From Chiloscyllium plagiosum (lineage: Eukaryota), in NCBI RefSeq assembly GCF_004010195.1, contig NC_057750.1, positions 10,140,182-10,172,767 on the forward strand: a DNA stretch of 32,586 bases. The letters run 5' to 3'. A program made the position numbers and the translations under genes. The notes beneath the pieces were generated by a model. That model saw only the letters and a list, made by a program, of their open reading frames with translations. It made no database searches and was not told where the DNA came from. Shown here one piece after another: positions 21,745-32,389 of the stretch; the stretch's first letter is position 1, and every line of letters begins with the position of its first letter.

Positions 21745-22045
21745 ATGATGGTGTTAACGACATTGGACTAGTAATCCAGAGGCTCTAGGGACAACCTTTC
21801 AAACCTCAACCTGGCAGCTCGTGGAATTTCAATTTGATTAATAAATACATAGTTTTTTTGAAGTTAGTTCTCGAGGTGGTTCATTTGGGAGAGAATATCT
21901 ACCATCCTTACCCTGTCGTCCTGTGACACCAAACCCACATCAGTATGGTTGACCTTAACTGACCTAGCAAGCAACATAATTTAGGAGCAGTTATTGTTGG
22001 GCCTTGTCAGTAATGCCTACATCCAATGAAAAAATAGAATAAGAA
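21745..22045 (+). mobile_element. Old tRNA-derived SINE (related remnants at ~17775-17900 and ~26755-26915)
   Basis: cattggactagtaatccagagg...caaacctcaacctggcagct.gtggaattt motif is shared by the three copies. Confidence 0.55.
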
Positions 22046-22051
22046 CAAGTA

Positions 22052-22360
22052 AGGAACATAAAAATCAAAGGACAAGTAGGCCATTTGGCATTTAAAGCTT
22101 GTTTTACTATTAAAAAGGAAAATTGCAGACCTGTTTGTGTTTCAAATTCCAAATTTCTGTGTACTTTGTTAACCTTGAGTCTGTTGCCTAAAATTAATCT
22201 ATCTCCACCTTAAAAATATTCAATGACAACCCTGCACCCCGCCCCCACAAACTTCCTTCTGAGCCAGAATGTTCCAAGATCTCTGGGAGAAAATAAAACC
22301 CCTCGTGTCTGTCCTAAAAGGGTGACCCCTGACTTTAAAATGTGTTTCCTAGATCTGATT
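22052..22360 (-). mobile_element. Old CR1-like LINE tail
   Basis: aacataaaaatcaaaggacaagtaggccattt...aatctatctccaccttaaaaatattcaatgac pattern of an antisense CR1 3' end. Confidence 0.5.
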
Positions 22361-22732
22361 TTTAAAAAGCCCATTTCACCATGTCCTACCTTGAGGTACT
22401 GACTCTTTTGTTGTTACTATTCCAGAGAGCTAACACACTCCCAGGGTACAATTCCAGGGATCCCTACTACCTGTGGGTTACAGAACCCCTTCTGTGAATG
22501 CTTCCTGCCATCTGACCAGTTTTTGGCATGCAGTTAATAAGGATATTGAACTGTGAAGGTCCATTCAACTGATTCTGACTTTATCTGACAACACTGCCTA
22601 ACCCATGGGCACTGAGGCTAACTAGTTAACTGTTGCCACCTTGGCACTGACCTTCCTGATGTGGGCTGTACAAAATAATTGGACAGTGCATATGGCATCT
22701 GTGGATCCTTGACTTTTAAATACGTTTTTCAG

Positions 22733-22888
22733 ATTCGAACATTGAGACTGAAGATTCTGTCTGAAGCTGCAGCTGAAGGAGTTCTGGTGCGAGGCACGAG
22801 GAATCAGCTACGCATGTACCTAACTATGGCAATTGCCGCAGTGCAGCCTATATTCATGTACTGGCTGACATTTCACTTGGTCAGATAG
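22733..22888 (+). CDS. YIF1B: YIF1B coding exon 8 (last); total CDS 900 nt, 299 aa
   Basis: ttttcag| [71 protein letters not shown] points to YIF1B rather than YIF1A. Confidence 0.97.
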   Translation: MRTLRLKILSEAAAEGVLVRGTRNQLRMYLTMAIAAVQPIFMYWLTFHLVR

Positions 22889-23472
22889 GGAAGCCTAACA
22901 ACCTCTTTGATCCCTGGAAATTAAGGTTTAGGAGGTGGGGGTTTGTTACATCTCCAATCCCCCATTGCTGGGCTGAGTGGGGGAATTGTGGGAGGGAGGG
23001 GATTGGGGTGGGTGTTTTGGGAGTGAGTGCAAGACAGATATATTGCCCGAGATTCAGGCATGAGTTGGCCGTCTCCCACGGTGACAATGGAGAATGGAAT
23101 CCAACTTAAATGGCAGGATTGTAAAACCACCTCCACAACTGGGAGAATGGCAATGGAGATGTGCCCATCAACCAGAGGGGCAGGTGGATAGAGGGCAGGG
23201 CATAACTTTCCCCAAGAGCAAAAGAGGGACACGCAGGACGGGTCCATCTAACTGAAGTGGTTGGGGGTGCTGGGTCATGGCTTCTCCCTGTGCAGATATT
23301 GAGCTGTTTCCCGCTGAGCTGCCTGTATAATCTGTAAACATCAGTCCATTGGTTGTTCTGTCCGTCCCAGATAATGACTCTGATCGGAAGCACAAACTGG
23401 ACATTGCTGTTGTGGGGACTTTGTATGGTTTGCATGGAAATTTTTTAAATATCTATTTATAAATGCAAGGCA

Positions 23473-23478
23473 AATAAA
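23473..23478 (+). terminator. Probable YIF1B polyadenylation signal
   Basis: AATAAA about 585 nt after the stop, followed by GT/T-rich tgtaagttgttgggtttttattt. Confidence 0.65.
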
Positions 23479-24474
23479 ATATCGAAAATATAATATCTTG
23501 TGTAAGTTGTTGGGTTTTTATTTGCTTCTACTGAAAAAAGGAAAAATAACTGCTACTCTTGACCAGGGATCTGTAGTATCCTAGAGTTCCACAAGACAGT
23601 TGGAGACCAACAGTGGCTTCCTGTCTCCACTATGCAGCAACTTAAAAGCGTTCTCATGCTGATCCTAGAACATGTCACCTTTCAGGGCCGAACTACAGAC
23701 TATCACCCGGAACAGGAACTCTGAGGTCACCAACCACAGCTCTGCACAGGGCTTGAATCAAAAACCGCTGGTTGCTCCAAATTTCTTGAAGGTGAACAAT
23801 TAAATCTGAGCCCATCTTATCAGGCAGTATATTTGAAATCCTAACCATTGAACAAAATGTTTTCGATATTCAAAATTGTTTTTCTCTCTGGAGTGAAATT
23901 AGGAAACAGTTCAAAACAAAGGGTGAAAGAAATTCAGAAATCTCTTCTGCACTGATTATTAAAACAGGCTCATGGATAAATGTCAGGATTGATTCTTGAT
24001 CTGTGCTCAGTTCACGACTTGCAATGGAGTCCTGGCCTAAGTGTGAGCAATTATGGTTTCTGTTCTTCAGTTTATCACTTCTTGACTCCTACCAAGTGCT
24101 AACACGGAAACAGGTACATTTCAACAGGGGAGTACCTCATTCCACTCACTATTTTTCATTTGTAATTTCACTTAAATAGTGCATATCATATGACTGACCA
24201 AGGAGGAATTTACAGTCCCACTCAATCCTCAAGTCTCTACATCTACATTTTCCAACTGGTAGGGGTGTTGATATTGTGGCAGAAGTCAAAACCGTCCCGT
24301 TCAGACATGTTTGAACATGTTTGCAAGCAGGTGGAACTTGAACACAAGTTTTCTGGCTCAAAGTTAGGGACACTACATACCATTTCTAAAGAAAGTTGAT
24401 AAAATGTTAAGTATTATTCATACATCACCAGCTGATGTACATTATTATCTCTGATGTGATCCTAGGGCTGTGCA

Positions 24475-24693
24475 GCTAAAATAGCTCAGTTGGGAGAGCA
24501 TTTGACTGAAAATCTGAGCCTTCATGGTATAGTGGTATGTCCTTACCCCTGAACTGGGAGGGCTGAGTTCAAGACTCACCCTTTCCATGGTATTACAATG
24601 ACATGCATAGTAATAACATCTCTGAATAGGTTGATTAGAAAATAGCATTGACTGAGGATCTAAAGATCCCTGACTCAGTATTGGTTTTCGGCA
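24475..24693 (+). pseudogene. tRNA-Phe(GAA) pseudogene split by a SINE insertion
   Basis: The 5' half gctaaaatagctcagttgggagagcatttgactGAAaatct and 3' half gcattgactgaggatctaaagatccctgactcagtattggttttcggca align to vertebrate tRNA-Phe GCCGAAATAGCTCAGTTGGGAGAGCGTTAGACTGAAGATCTAAAGGTCCCTGGTTCGATCCCGGGTTTCGGCA. Confidence 0.85.
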
Positions 24694-25018
24694 ATAATTG
24701 TGCTAACAGTCTAGCACTAATTTGGCAATTGCCTTCAGTTAACAATGTGAGGAGTTTCAGTTCCTATAGAACCTATGGGTGCAGTGGCCGTGTCCATATC
24801 TCTTAAGCCAAAAGGCCCAGGTTCAAGTATTGTGTTGTAACATCTCTGAACAGAGTGATAAGATAATATCTGAAGAACACATCCTGACCAGAATTTTGAG
24901 GGGGCTCTTGTGGCATAACGGTAATGTCCATATTGCTGAGTTAGGGGGACTGAGTTCAGGTTCTATTGGCTCCAGAGGTGTATAATAACAGCTCCGAACA
25001 GATTGATTAGAAAATATG
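24516..25018 (+). mobile_element. Cluster of three short (~100-130 bp) tRNA-derived SINE copies (24516-24643, ~24770-24870, 24901-25018)
   Basis: Each has an A-box-like tggt..agtgg, a B-box-like g.gttcaag and the tail taataacatctctgaacaggttgattagaaaata. Confidence 0.7.
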
Positions 25019-25244
25019 TCAAAAGCAAAAAAAAAGTAGTTCATGAATTCCTTCCAAAGCCTGTGAACTTTTAATGACTCCCATTCCAAAACTTTAACAA
25101 CCTCTTAGCTGCATAGTTATACTGAATTACTAGTTCAGAGTGTTCTACCCCAGAAAGCTCATATGGCAAATAATACTGGCATTAATCTTATTCATACTCT
25201 TCTGTCCGTGTGACAGACAAGTGAAACACTTGAAACGTGTAGCC

Positions 25245-25660
25245 AAGGTTGCTGGAAATGGAGAGTTTGAGTTAGAAAGAGAGGCTGGAACCACAGCAGC
25301 GCAGGAGGTTGAGAGGTGACGTATAGAGGTTTATAAAATAATGAGGGGTATAGATAAGGTGAATGGCAGATGTATTTTCCCTGGGGTGGGGGATTTCAGG
25401 ACTAGGCAGCCTACATTTAAAGTGAGAGGAGAATGATTTTAAAAAAGACATGAGGGGCAATTCATTTACACAGACAGCAATTCATGTATGAAATGAACTG
25501 CCAGAGGAAGTGGTGGATGCAGGTACAATTAGTGTTTTGAAGGCATTTAGATAAGTGCATGAATAAGAAATGTTTGGAGGGATATGGGCCAAGGGCAGGG
25601 AGGTGGGACTACGTTAGTTTGGGATTATGGTCAGTATGGACTAGTTGGACCGAAGAGTCA
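25245..25660 (+). mobile_element. HER1/CR1-like LINE 3' end
   Basis: RRLRGDV.EVYKIMRGIDKVN...NELPEEVVDAGT remnants. Confidence 0.8.
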
Positions 25661-25735
25661 CACAGTATGGAAACAGACTTAATGATTTGCAGAGAATGAG
25701 GGTAAACCAGGAGAAACCTTGTTGCCTTATTACAT

Positions 25736-25741
25736 TTTATT
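25736..25741 (-). terminator. Candidate ACTMAP polyadenylation signal
   Basis: First minus-strand AATAAA noticed downstream of the stop codon (about 380 nt). Confidence 0.45.
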
Positions 25742-26120
25742 TGCACAATTGGCTCTGAGCTTGTTCAAAGGCACCTGTGGCATGCTGCACCTGAATAGTT
25801 TGAAATGTGAAATAATTGGCACAAATCTCTTTGCAACCAACACTCTGTTGCATGTTCTTCCAAGTAGGAGTTAAATGTATAACCTAATGGAACATAGCCA
25901 GTTAAATCAGCAGTGATTCGCCAGCTCCACTTGCATAATCAAGGCTGGCAGATCCTCTAATGCAAAACTGAGCACTTTGCAGGAGCAAGCAAACGAACTG
26001 ATTATCCTTATATATAATCATTGCAAGATATTAAGCTTTATGAGAAAGCACCTTAAGATACCCCGACTTCTTGAATGGTACTATTTAACTAAAATCTCTT
26101 TTACGAAGTCAATGCCAGCA

Positions 26121-26461
26121 CTAGCTTTTGTTTTGTGCCTGGGACAATGGTTGCAAGAGTATCACCACCCCACACAATCCTGACTCCACTCCACCATCAG
26201 GGATAACGTAGACTGTCCCATCACACACTCGCTTTGGGCTAAACTCTCTCAGCTGCACATTACTGTTATGCACTCTGTCGTACGGCCACAGCTGATACTT
26301 CAGACTCTTCCCTTGCTTGGCCACTAGGTAAATCTCAACAACAGTGTCCTCAGAGTAATTAGCTCCAGACACATTCTCACGTCGATAAAACAGCCCAGGA
26401 ATATCAGGATCTGCTTCATGCAAGTCTTCTGATAGTTCACACTTCAATCCCAGCAATGCTC
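26121..26461 (-). CDS. ACTMAP: ACTMAP (C19orf54) last coding exon; total CDS 981 nt, 326 aa
   Basis: gtacag| GALLGL...DPDIPGLF...YLVAKQGKSLKYQLWPYDRVHNSNVQLREFSPKRVCDGTVYVIPDGGVESGLCG...*; matches the recalled ACTMAP C-terminus. Confidence 0.96.
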
Positions 26462-27380
26462 CTGTACAATGAACACAAGCAATACGTAAGCTGCTAAACA
26501 GCCAATAAGCATGAAGCAACCTGTTTGCATAAATATTTTGTGTGTCCCCATCATGGTCAAAAAGTCCCAAAACTATATTTTGACACTTCTTGAGCTAGAT
26601 ACAACCAAGTTCAACCATCTATCAAACTGTAAACCAACCAAACAACAATTAAATGGATTAATCTTCGGGCCTCTATAGGTCACCTCTACACAAGAAGCTG
26701 ATCATTGTTTTTAATGCAACAGGCTAGTTTTGCTAAGAAATCTTGCAACAGGATATGGTAAAATAGTGTCTATGTTACTTTACTATTAAAGTGTAGCCTA
26801 GACCAGAGAAATGAGTTCAAATCTCACCACAGCAGCTTGAGAATTTGAATTAAATTTAGAAAACAAAAAAAACCTGGGAATTAAAACCCTAATTTGGTTC
26901 ATTAATTCCTTCCATAAGCTACTGCTTTTATCAACGGCTGATCCCATTCTAGAATTTTAACAATCTCTTAGCTGCACAGTTGTATCAAATTACTAGTCTA
27001 GAGTGTTCTATCCCAGAAAGCCAGTTTGGTGAATGATAATCCTGGTGTCAATCTTTGCTCTGTCTTAATTCTAGGGTGAAATACTACATGCATGTATCTT
27101 CTAACTCAACCCTGTAGACAAGTGAAACCCCAATTAATGCCTACCATCTGCTTACATTTAATACACGATTATCACAGAGCAACTGTGGATAGGCCTTAAA
27201 TGCCAAACTTGCCTGCTCACAATGCCCACAACCAAAGAGTTATTTTAATTTTAAAACATTGCTTAAAACTCCAGGAGATCTGCTAAAGATATTAAATATC
27301 TTAATACATCCCTCGGAGTTCAATATGTGAACCTTCTATTTCAGCTTTAGTTAAAATTTCATTTAGTGTTCAACTCTCAC

Positions 27381-27451
27381 CTGAAATCACTGCCCAGTGA
27401 GCTTTATGCCCTTTGCACAGGCAGGGCTCATGGTTGAAGTCTTCATCGTAC
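27381..27451 (-). CDS. ACTMAP: ACTMAP coding exon 5
   Basis: (P)YDEDFNHEPCLCKGHKAHWAVIS(G) |gtgaga; contains the conserved AHW motif (probable catalytic His); follows the U12 intron. Confidence 0.97.
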
Positions 27452-28616
27452 CTTCCTATAGTTAAGGATTTGCCCCAATTAATTGTCAACCAGGTATGAG
27501 AGATTTTTTTTAGATTATCTACAGTGTGGAAACAGGCCCTCCGACCCAACAAGTCGACACCGACCCTCCGAAGAGCAACCCACCTCCCTACATTCACCCC
27601 TGACTAATGCACCTAACACTACGGGCAATTTAGCATAGGCAATTCACCTAAACTGCACATCTTTGGACTGTGGGAGGAAACCGGAGCACCGAGAGGAAAT
27701 CCACGCAGACACGGGGAGAATGTGTAAACTCCATACAGACAGTTGCCCGAGGCAAGAATTGAACCCGGGTCCCTGGCACTGTGAGACAACAGTGCTAACC
27801 ACTGAGCCACCGTGCCGCCCCTCTAATATGCTGCCAGGCTGGCTGAGGCCAACATTGGCATATGAAGTGCTGCCTTGGGCAACTTAGCACAGATCAATAA
27901 TTTAACTTTGCGTCTTATGGCATATCTGACTGTACAATTGAGTTTTCCTATTAAAGCATTAGGGGAGTTGACAAGTGTGGGACAGAATTATACAGGTCAG
28001 GATGGTTCTAGGATCCATCCCCAATCTGTTCTGTTCCAGCTCAAACACTATTACCATTTTTATAAATGGCCTTGATGCCTGGGTGTAGGAGAAGAAATGT
28101 CAATCAGGGTTCCTTTTATTGACCCTTGCCCACTGAACTCTAGGTTTATTAAGGTTGGAATCAGCTAGGAGTCCTAGCTCTGATCACCATCAAATCACCC
28201 CTGGGTAAGGGACAGAGGGTATATCAGCCAGAGTTCCAGCTCCTGACCACTATCCAATAATTCCTATGTCAGAGGAAGAGTAAATCATGCAGAGTTCCAA
28301 TGCCTGTTCACTGTCCAGCCTAGGAAAGTGCACAGCTGGAGGTCACAGGTAAGGCTGGGTCTAGAAAAATCAAACATGCATAATACATGTAAAATGGATA
28401 TTGGGCGGGATTTGGGAGAACAGCCAGTGCCTAGAACTATTTTCAGCCCATCAGCTTCCTTAGAAATGAATGCTTGGACCAGGAGCAGGTTTCTCTTATC
28501 CAGGTAGCCCTGCAACCCTGCACATACATCTAACCAAAGGTCACTGATTTGCAGCCTGAGCCTGTACAGGAAGTGACTATCTTGAATATCAATGTAATTA
28601 GTTGTTGTAAGGATAC
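27452..28616 (-). other. U12-type (minor spliceosome) GT-AG intron of ACTMAP, 1165 nt
   Basis: 5' site |GTATCCTTAC (28616-28607); branch site TCCTTAAC (27468-27461) ending 9 nt before the exon; no polypyrimidine tract; phase 2 restores Pro-Tyr-Asp. Confidence 0.93.
27508..27820 (-). mobile_element. Well-preserved HE1-like V-SINE inside the U12 intron
   Basis: GGGCGGCACGGTGGCTCAGTGGTTAGCACTG head, GGGTTCAATTC B box, V-domain, gggcctgtttccacactgtagataatcta tail. Confidence 0.9.
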
Positions 28617-28746
28617 GGTACTAATACAGGATAACCAGCAAGGAGGTGCTGCATTATTCTGGCTTTATTAGTTCCCATTAAGCCATCATTGAGTAGTTCA
28701 CCATGACAATGGAAAACTTCCTTGGCCAGTTTCACCATGTTCGCAC
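28617..28746 (-). CDS. ACTMAP: ACTMAP coding exon 4
   Basis: ttccag| (G)ANMVKLAKEVFHCHGELLNDGLMGTNKARIMQHLLAGYPVLV(P) |gtatcctt. Confidence 0.95.
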
Positions 28747-28784
28747 CTGGAATCAGATAAACAAAAATAACGTGTACAGGTATT

Positions 28785-29175
28785 TATTTATTGCACAACA
28801 TTGCAAAACAATTTACAGACAATTAAATATTTTCAAAATTTAGTCCAGGTTGTAATACAGGAAACTTGATAGCTAACTTGAATACAGCAAGGCCCACAGC
28901 ATCAATACATGATAGTTTGTTTCAGTGATAATGGTTGAGGAGTGAGCAATGTCCAGGATAATGGGTAACACTCGCGATCTCTTCACGTTATTAATGCCTT
29001 GGAGTTTTTTTTACATCTGCCAGAGACAGTAGTCAGGTCGTTGCCCTGAAGGCTCTCTGGCAGTGTAGCATTCCCTTCATTCTGCACCAATTTTGTGCTT
29101 AAAACTCTGGAACAGAACTTGAACTCACATCCTTCTGACTCAAGCAGGGGTATTATCCATTGAGCCATGACTGAC
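28785..29175 (-). mobile_element. Old Deu-domain-like tRNA SINE
   Basis: Minus-strand head tggctcaatgg...gagtcagaagg.tgtgagttcaagt; body similar to 18270-18640. Confidence 0.6.
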
Positions 29176-29282
29176 CCTCAAAAGTGAGAGGACCGAAACA
29201 GGCTGCAGAGAAGGGAAGAGAACACAGACCAACAGGAGGCACAAAGTCAGCAGATATCTCACTATTGTACGTTACAAGATAC

Positions 29283-29407
29283 CTGAAAACATCTCTCCTT
29301 GAACAGTGTAACCTTTGGCCTTCGCAGAGTCCACTATCTCATTCAGACCCTGCACTTCGCACAGATTCAGCAAATGTCCAGCCATCCACAGAGCCACCAG
29401 TCCACAC
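29283..29407 (-). CDS. ACTMAP: ACTMAP coding exon 3
   Basis: cttcag| (Q)CGLVALWMAGHLLNLCEVQGLNEIVDSAKAKGYTVQGEMFS |gtatct; carries the QCG catalytic cysteine motif. Confidence 0.97.
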
Positions 29408-29779
29408 CTGAAGCACAAGAAAATACAAGGAGCAGTGGTGATTGAGAAAGTGATCGCGGTTTACAGGCAGGAGAAAGGTCCACAGCACAGAGTGCAATCT
29501 CACATGCAGGCATGAGATGAGTGGTCTGTCAACCTGCTTTGGGAATTTGCTGAAGGTTGAATATTGGCTAGGACACAGGGGAAAGTGCCCACACTTGGCA
29601 GATTATGGGAGGCAGCATTTATAGGTGAGGGAAAAACAGGAAAACAGCCAGTGTTCTCTTGAAAGGTCATTGAACAGAAACATTAAATCCGTTCCGCCAG
29701 AGGTGATGTCTGACATTGCCAACATCTTCTATTTGTGACAGTATGCACCGATGTAGAGAAACCAGAATTAGATACTTAC

Positions 29780-29848
29780 TGTGGACCATCCTGGATCAGC
29801 GAGGGGATGTATTTATTAATAAGGAGCCATTTCAAATCTTTACTGAAA
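29780..29848 (-). CDS. ACTMAP: ACTMAP coding exon 2
   Basis: ttccag| (S)FSKDLKWLLINKYIPSLIQDGP(Q) |gtaagt. Confidence 0.96.
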
Positions 29849-30832
29849 CTGGAAAAATAAGAAAATCAGAAAAAATTCTCAGCCATTGGAGAAGAATCCA
29901 TCACTTGGTAGCAGGCTTGGGCTCTGATGTTAAACTGCAATAGAACATAGGCTGCACTGTTAACCTATAGTAACACATAGAGGATACATTGCTTTGTCTG
30001 TAATGGCGCAGTAACTTGGCCAAGTTATTAGCCTCACATTGTATAGACGGTGTTACAACCAAGTTTGGAGGGATGGAACAATATCTCTTTAGTCCCGCTT
30101 CCCCACTGGTCATAATGAATTTTAAATTTAACCAGGGTGGTGATGTGGCAATTCATTAGGCTTTACATTGTATTTAGCTTAGTGCTAGAAACAATTCAGC
30201 CAGCTTCTTTAGTTAACAAGTAATGTCTAGTTCATTACAAATAAAACATTTTTAAAGACATAGATGTAAATATCAAATGTGATTAAGACAGATCCCGTGG
30301 ATTTCTCAACAATGACCTACCACTCCCCCCACGACGTTGGTCACTAAGTCTCATTAAAATTTCAAAAGCTGTTACGACTGTTCACATTTGAAGAAATGGC
30401 TTTCAAAGTACATCAAAAGCTGGTCCATCATGCACTGCCTCAAAGCTGCTCATTTTCTGGTGGCTCACCGTCTGTTCGAAGGGTGACACTCCCCTGCATT
30501 CTGGAAACTGCGTTCTAACATTGTCACAGGTGGCTATGTAGATAGCTAGTTTCATTAAGCTAGTGCTGCCCTGGATTTTATTTCCCTGAGCTCTAAAACT
30601 GGTCAATCGTACAAAGTATTACTTGTGGGTTTCCATAACCTTGTTTCTGACTGTATTGAAATATTAATGTCACATAAGCCCTGGACTTCCCTGAAACCCA
30701 AACTCCAACATGTAGCTGTACCAACAATCTCCTAGAACTTCTTCCTGAGTTCTGACCACATCTGTGCTTGACTTCTCAGAGATGTTCTCAAGAAGCCATA
30801 CTACACTTGAAATGTTAATCGTTTCTGTCTAC

Positions 30833-31168
30833 AGATCATGGAAGCTCTACAGTGTGGAAGTAGGCCGTTCGGCCAATTGAGACCACACCAACCCTCCAAA
30901 GAGCATCCCACCCAGACCCTCCTTAATCCCTGTAACTCTGCATTTCCCATGGCTAATCCACCCGACCTACACATCTGGACACTATGGGCAATTTACCATG
31001 GCCAAACCACCTAAGTTGCACATCTCTGGACTGTGGGAGGTGACTGGAACCACCCGGCGGAAACCCATGGAGACATAGTCAGAACATGCAAACTCCACAC
31101 AGACCTGAGGCCAGAATCGAATCCGGGTCTCTGGTGCTTTGAGGCAGTACTGCTAACCACTGAGTCAC
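30833..31168 (-). mobile_element. HE1-like V-SINE inserted into an older Penelope-like end (~30785-30838 and ~31173-31255)
   Basis: Removing the SINE rejoins gtttctgtctacagat and gctgccagaactgctggctttctcacagcac, matching ctccacagatgctgccagacctgct at 13909-13933. Confidence 0.75.
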
Positions 31169-31301
31169 TCATATGCTGCCAGAACTGCTGGCTTTCTCAC
31201 AGCACTTCCTGTGTTTGTTTCGAATTTTCAGCATCTGCAGTATTTTGCTTTTACTTAAATAACCGTGACCAACTTGGCTCGTATTTTCTAGGATTACATA
31301 C

Positions 31302-31546
31302 CTGTCGAGTCTGCTCTGGACCAGCATCTTAACCTCCTCCCGCTCTCCAGCTACTGGTAATCGGTCTTGAGCAAGAATCTGATATAATTTCTTTCCGGAT
31401 GGTTCAGAAGGAGGGGGCAGCAAGGATGGAGGGAGGGGAGGAGGAGGAGGAGGAGAGACTGACAAATACTTTGCACCATCAGATGTGTCACTAATGAGAT
31501 TTTGCTCTGTTTCTTGTACCATTTCAAGGTGAAGGAGGTTGGACAT
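31302..31546 (-). CDS. ACTMAP: ACTMAP first coding exon (proline-rich N-terminus)
   Basis: gccATG at 31546; SPPPPPPLPPSLLPPP...PVAGEREEVKML; donor AG|gtatgt, phase 2 fits exon 2. A likely acceptor (ctgactcttgatgtacag|) at ~31637 implies an upstream non-coding exon. The start codon is less certain than the 3' boundary. Confidence 0.85.
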
Positions 31547-31911
31547 GGCAGAAGCTCGTTTCTGACAGTCCACTATTTAATTTTCAGCTTTGACTTGATA
31601 AATTGGAGCATCTGTTTTCACAAGTTGCCTCAGTGATCTGTACATCAAGAGTCAGAGACACTCTTATGGTATTTGCCTTGGGAAAAAAAAATCAGTATTC
31701 ACTTATCATTCCAGAAAATATTAGTCTTGCATATTTAATGGGGGAGCTATGGTAGGGACAGAGGTGGGGTGAGTAGTGGAGGATTTGGGAAAGACACAGT
31801 CGGGAGCAATGAAGATGTGTTGAGGGAAACGTGGAGGATGGACACAGAATAACTGTGCGTAACAGTCAGCTATTTAAGAAAATCTATGTAAGCTCCATCA
31901 GGAAATCACAG

Positions 31912-31957
31912 ACCAGTTACTATCTGCTGTCAATACCAGTTACTATCTGCTGTCAAT
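31912..31957. repeat. Exact 23-bp tandem duplication
   Basis: accagttactatctgctgtcaat occurs twice. Confidence 0.9.
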
Positions 31958-32131
31958 AGTTTGTTTGAGCCCACAAATTCAAAATGACTGAGCATCAGAG
32001 AGAGCCAGCGCAGATTTGTAAAGAGTTGGGTAGCAGGGAATGGTGCTAGTTGTGGCAAGATCTGAATTTGCAGAAAAAAAATGACATGGAAGAGTGTGTA
32101 CAGAGTATTTGGGGTCTGAGTCAGTTGAGGC

Positions 32132-32389
32132 AGACCTGTATGGGATATGGGGTAGTTTGGCGATGAAGTAATTAGGGAATGGGATGGTTGGGTGGAGAAA
32201 TAGTAGTTAGGCAAGGGGTTGATTAGGGTGGATTAGAAAATGAGATGATTGAGGGATGGGAGATCTGTATGGGATATGGGGTAGTTTGGCGATGAAGTAA
32301 TTAGGGAATGGGATGGTTGGGTGGAGAAATAGTAGTTAGGCAAGGGGTTGATTAGGGTGGATTAGAAAATGAGATGATTGAGGGATGGG
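32132..32389. repeat. 129-bp tandem duplication (one mismatch) in a G/T-rich skewed tract
   Basis: 32132-32260 and 32261-32389 differ only at agac/agat. Confidence 0.92.

Noticed and set aside
24475..24693. Functional intron-containing tRNA-Phe
   Set aside because: The insert is a SINE with a duplicated target, not a canonical 37/38 intron, and the acceptor stem, T-arm and B box are mutated.
28747..29282. Second possible U12 intron in ACTMAP (donor GTATCTTG)
   Set aside because: The donor deviates from GTATCCTT, there is no CCTTAAC branch site, and the 3' end has a normal T-rich tract, so it is treated as U2-type.
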